NCBI GenBank assembly: GCA_010909165.1
Contig: VJWM01000135.1
Location: 558,001 to 622,000 of the forward strand
Origin: Anthoceros angustus
Taxonomy: Eukaryota; Plantae; Anthocerotophyta
Length of the DNA: 64,000 nucleotides
Direction: 5' to 3'
Every line of letters starts with the position of its first letter. Positions within the stretch are counted from its first letter, which is position 1. Both the position numbers and the translations under genes were made by a program. Positions 62,407-64,000 of the stretch are shown here, piece after piece. The notes beneath the pieces are model-generated. The model was not told the DNA's origin. It was given only the letters and a program-made list of their open reading frames with translations, and did no database searches.

Positions 62407-64000
62407 ATGCAGATCTCGGCGCTGCCTGCCCGTCAGAGGTGGTGGTCCACAGAGTCTGTTTCCCGTCTGCCGTCTGTTCCTTCAATCCGGCTTCCCAAGC
62501 GGAATTTCGTCACCAGGTCGATGGCAGCTTACGAGGAGGAGTTGGTGATTGCAGTGCGTGCTGTGAAGCTGGCATCTCGGTTGTGCCAGGCATGTGCCTT
62601 GCTTGCTGTGCTAAACAGGGAGGGGTATTGGCGGTTTTCTGCTTTTGCAAGAAGATCTGGGGAGTTGGTTGGTGGCAGTGCGCTGGCATTACGAGCAGCT
62701 AATAGGCGTCATGATGCAGGCAGGCGGTTCAAAGGGGTTTAGTAGCGACAGAGACTCAAGCGAAGGCGGACAAATCTCCAGTTACAGTTGCCGACTATGG
62801 TGCGTGGAGCAAATTGACTGCTGTGTATGGCTTTTCTGAAGCAAACAAGCGTGGAGGAGACAGCAACTGATTAGAAAATGTGGGGTGCAGGTTCTCAAGC
62901 TCTTGTCAGCTGGGCTTTGCAAAGGGAGTTGCCTGCTGGAGTGTTGTTCTCAATGGTGGCGGAGGAGGTACTTGCCTCTGGTTTGCCTGTGGCGACGTGG
63001 ATGATCTTGGTTGCGGTCGTGTAAACCTATTTGTTGCATGTGTAGGATTCAAAAGACCTACGAACGAAAGAGGGGGAGCCCATGTTGGAGCGCATAACCC
63101 AGCTGGTGAATGCAGCTATCTCAGAGGAGAATCTTGGTGTCTCGCCGCTGTCTAAGGACGAGGTGGTCGGAGCTATTGATAGGGGAAGATCACCAGGTGG
63201 ACCAACTGGCCGCCATTGGGTTTTGGACCCCATCGATGGCACGAGAGGGTACAGCTGCCTCTTTTTTGTTTTGACACATTTGGCTATGTGCCTTGTAGTC
63301 TTATCATGACGTAACTTCGGCTACGAGATATCTTGTATCACTGACAGTTGGTAATCCAGGTTTGTCAGAGGAGATCAGTATGCTGTAGCTCTGGGGCTCT
63401 TGGATGATGGGGAAGTTGTCGCTGGCGTACTGGGATGCCCGAATTTACCTTTGGCGTCTATCTCCAATGGAATTTCACTGTCCCCTGGGGAGCCTGTTGG
63501 TTGCCTTTTTTCTGCAAGGAAAGGAGCTGGAAGTTTTATGGAATCGTTGGATGGCCGTGTTCCTCCCAGGAAGGTTGGTATTAGCATGTAGAGATTTTCT
63601 GAGCTCCCTTTCCGGCGGGCAATGCAGCTAACGTCTGGGTAAACTCGTCCAGGTCACGGTGAGCGATGAAGATGATACAGCAAGAGCCACATTCTGCGAG
63701 TCATTCGAATCAGCACACTCCATGCAAGATTTGACCGCCAATATTGCCAAGGTGAATGCCTTGGTGTCACTATTGCGTAAGCAAATGCGTGGTCTGTCAT
63801 GTGCCTGAATCATTCCACGTAGCAGATGTGCTTGGCCCTTCTCTTGCATGACGTTGAGACTCGTTGCAGCTAATAGGAGTGGTTGCTCCACCAGTGCGAA
63901 TCGATAGCCAAGCAAAATATGGAGCCATGGCAAGAGGGGATGCTGTCATCTACCTTCGGTTCCCTCATGCCGGGTACCGGGAGAAGATTTGGGATCATGC
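62407..64000 (+). CDS. SAL1: 3'(2'),5'-bisphosphate nucleotidase SAL1/FRY1, runs off the window end
   Basis: Transit peptide, then MAAYEEELVIAVRAVKLASRLCQ, KADKSPVTVADYG, HWVLDPIDGTRGFVRGDQYAVALGLL, GVLGCPNLP, FCESFES and KIWDH. Confidence 0.94.

Overview
Gene-dense, roughly 50% GC nuclear DNA from a land plant with short (~80-150 nt) GT-AG introns. The compact architecture and a long PLS-class PPR gene suggest a non-seed plant, most like a hornwort (inference only). There are about 17 protein-coding genes: G-group bZIP (5'-partial), a divergent class III ADH paralog, FLZ, SppA, CCT8, canonical GSNOR/ADH3, DGAT2, PLS-PPR (E+), a TLC-domain protein, trehalase (1-nt frameshift), NOC3, BORCS8-like, ABC1 kinase, CAF-1 p60/FAS2, a GT47 exostosin, ARF-B1, an RWP-RK factor and SAL1 (3'-partial). 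Two accessory islands occur at ~6.45-9.23 kb (AT-rich relic plus a possible LTR) and ~49.8-55.2 kb (an RLE-type non-LTR retrotransposon with a 5' inversion and tandem duplication, a decayed ORF and MULE-like fragments). I found no CRISPR array, rRNA or tRNA. The best leads are: (1) an RWP-RK protein with an N-terminal beta-grasp/PB1-like domain, the reverse of NLP order; (2) an intact GSNOR-derived paralog with a remodelled substrate pocket and an extra intron; (3) a CRE-like RLE retroelement with a twin-priming signature; (4) a 74-aa in-frame insert inside a PPR motif; (5) a duplicated splice acceptor that could make a zipper-less bZIP. None is a proven new system. All calls are from reading the sequence without database searches, and exon boundaries were inferred by eye.
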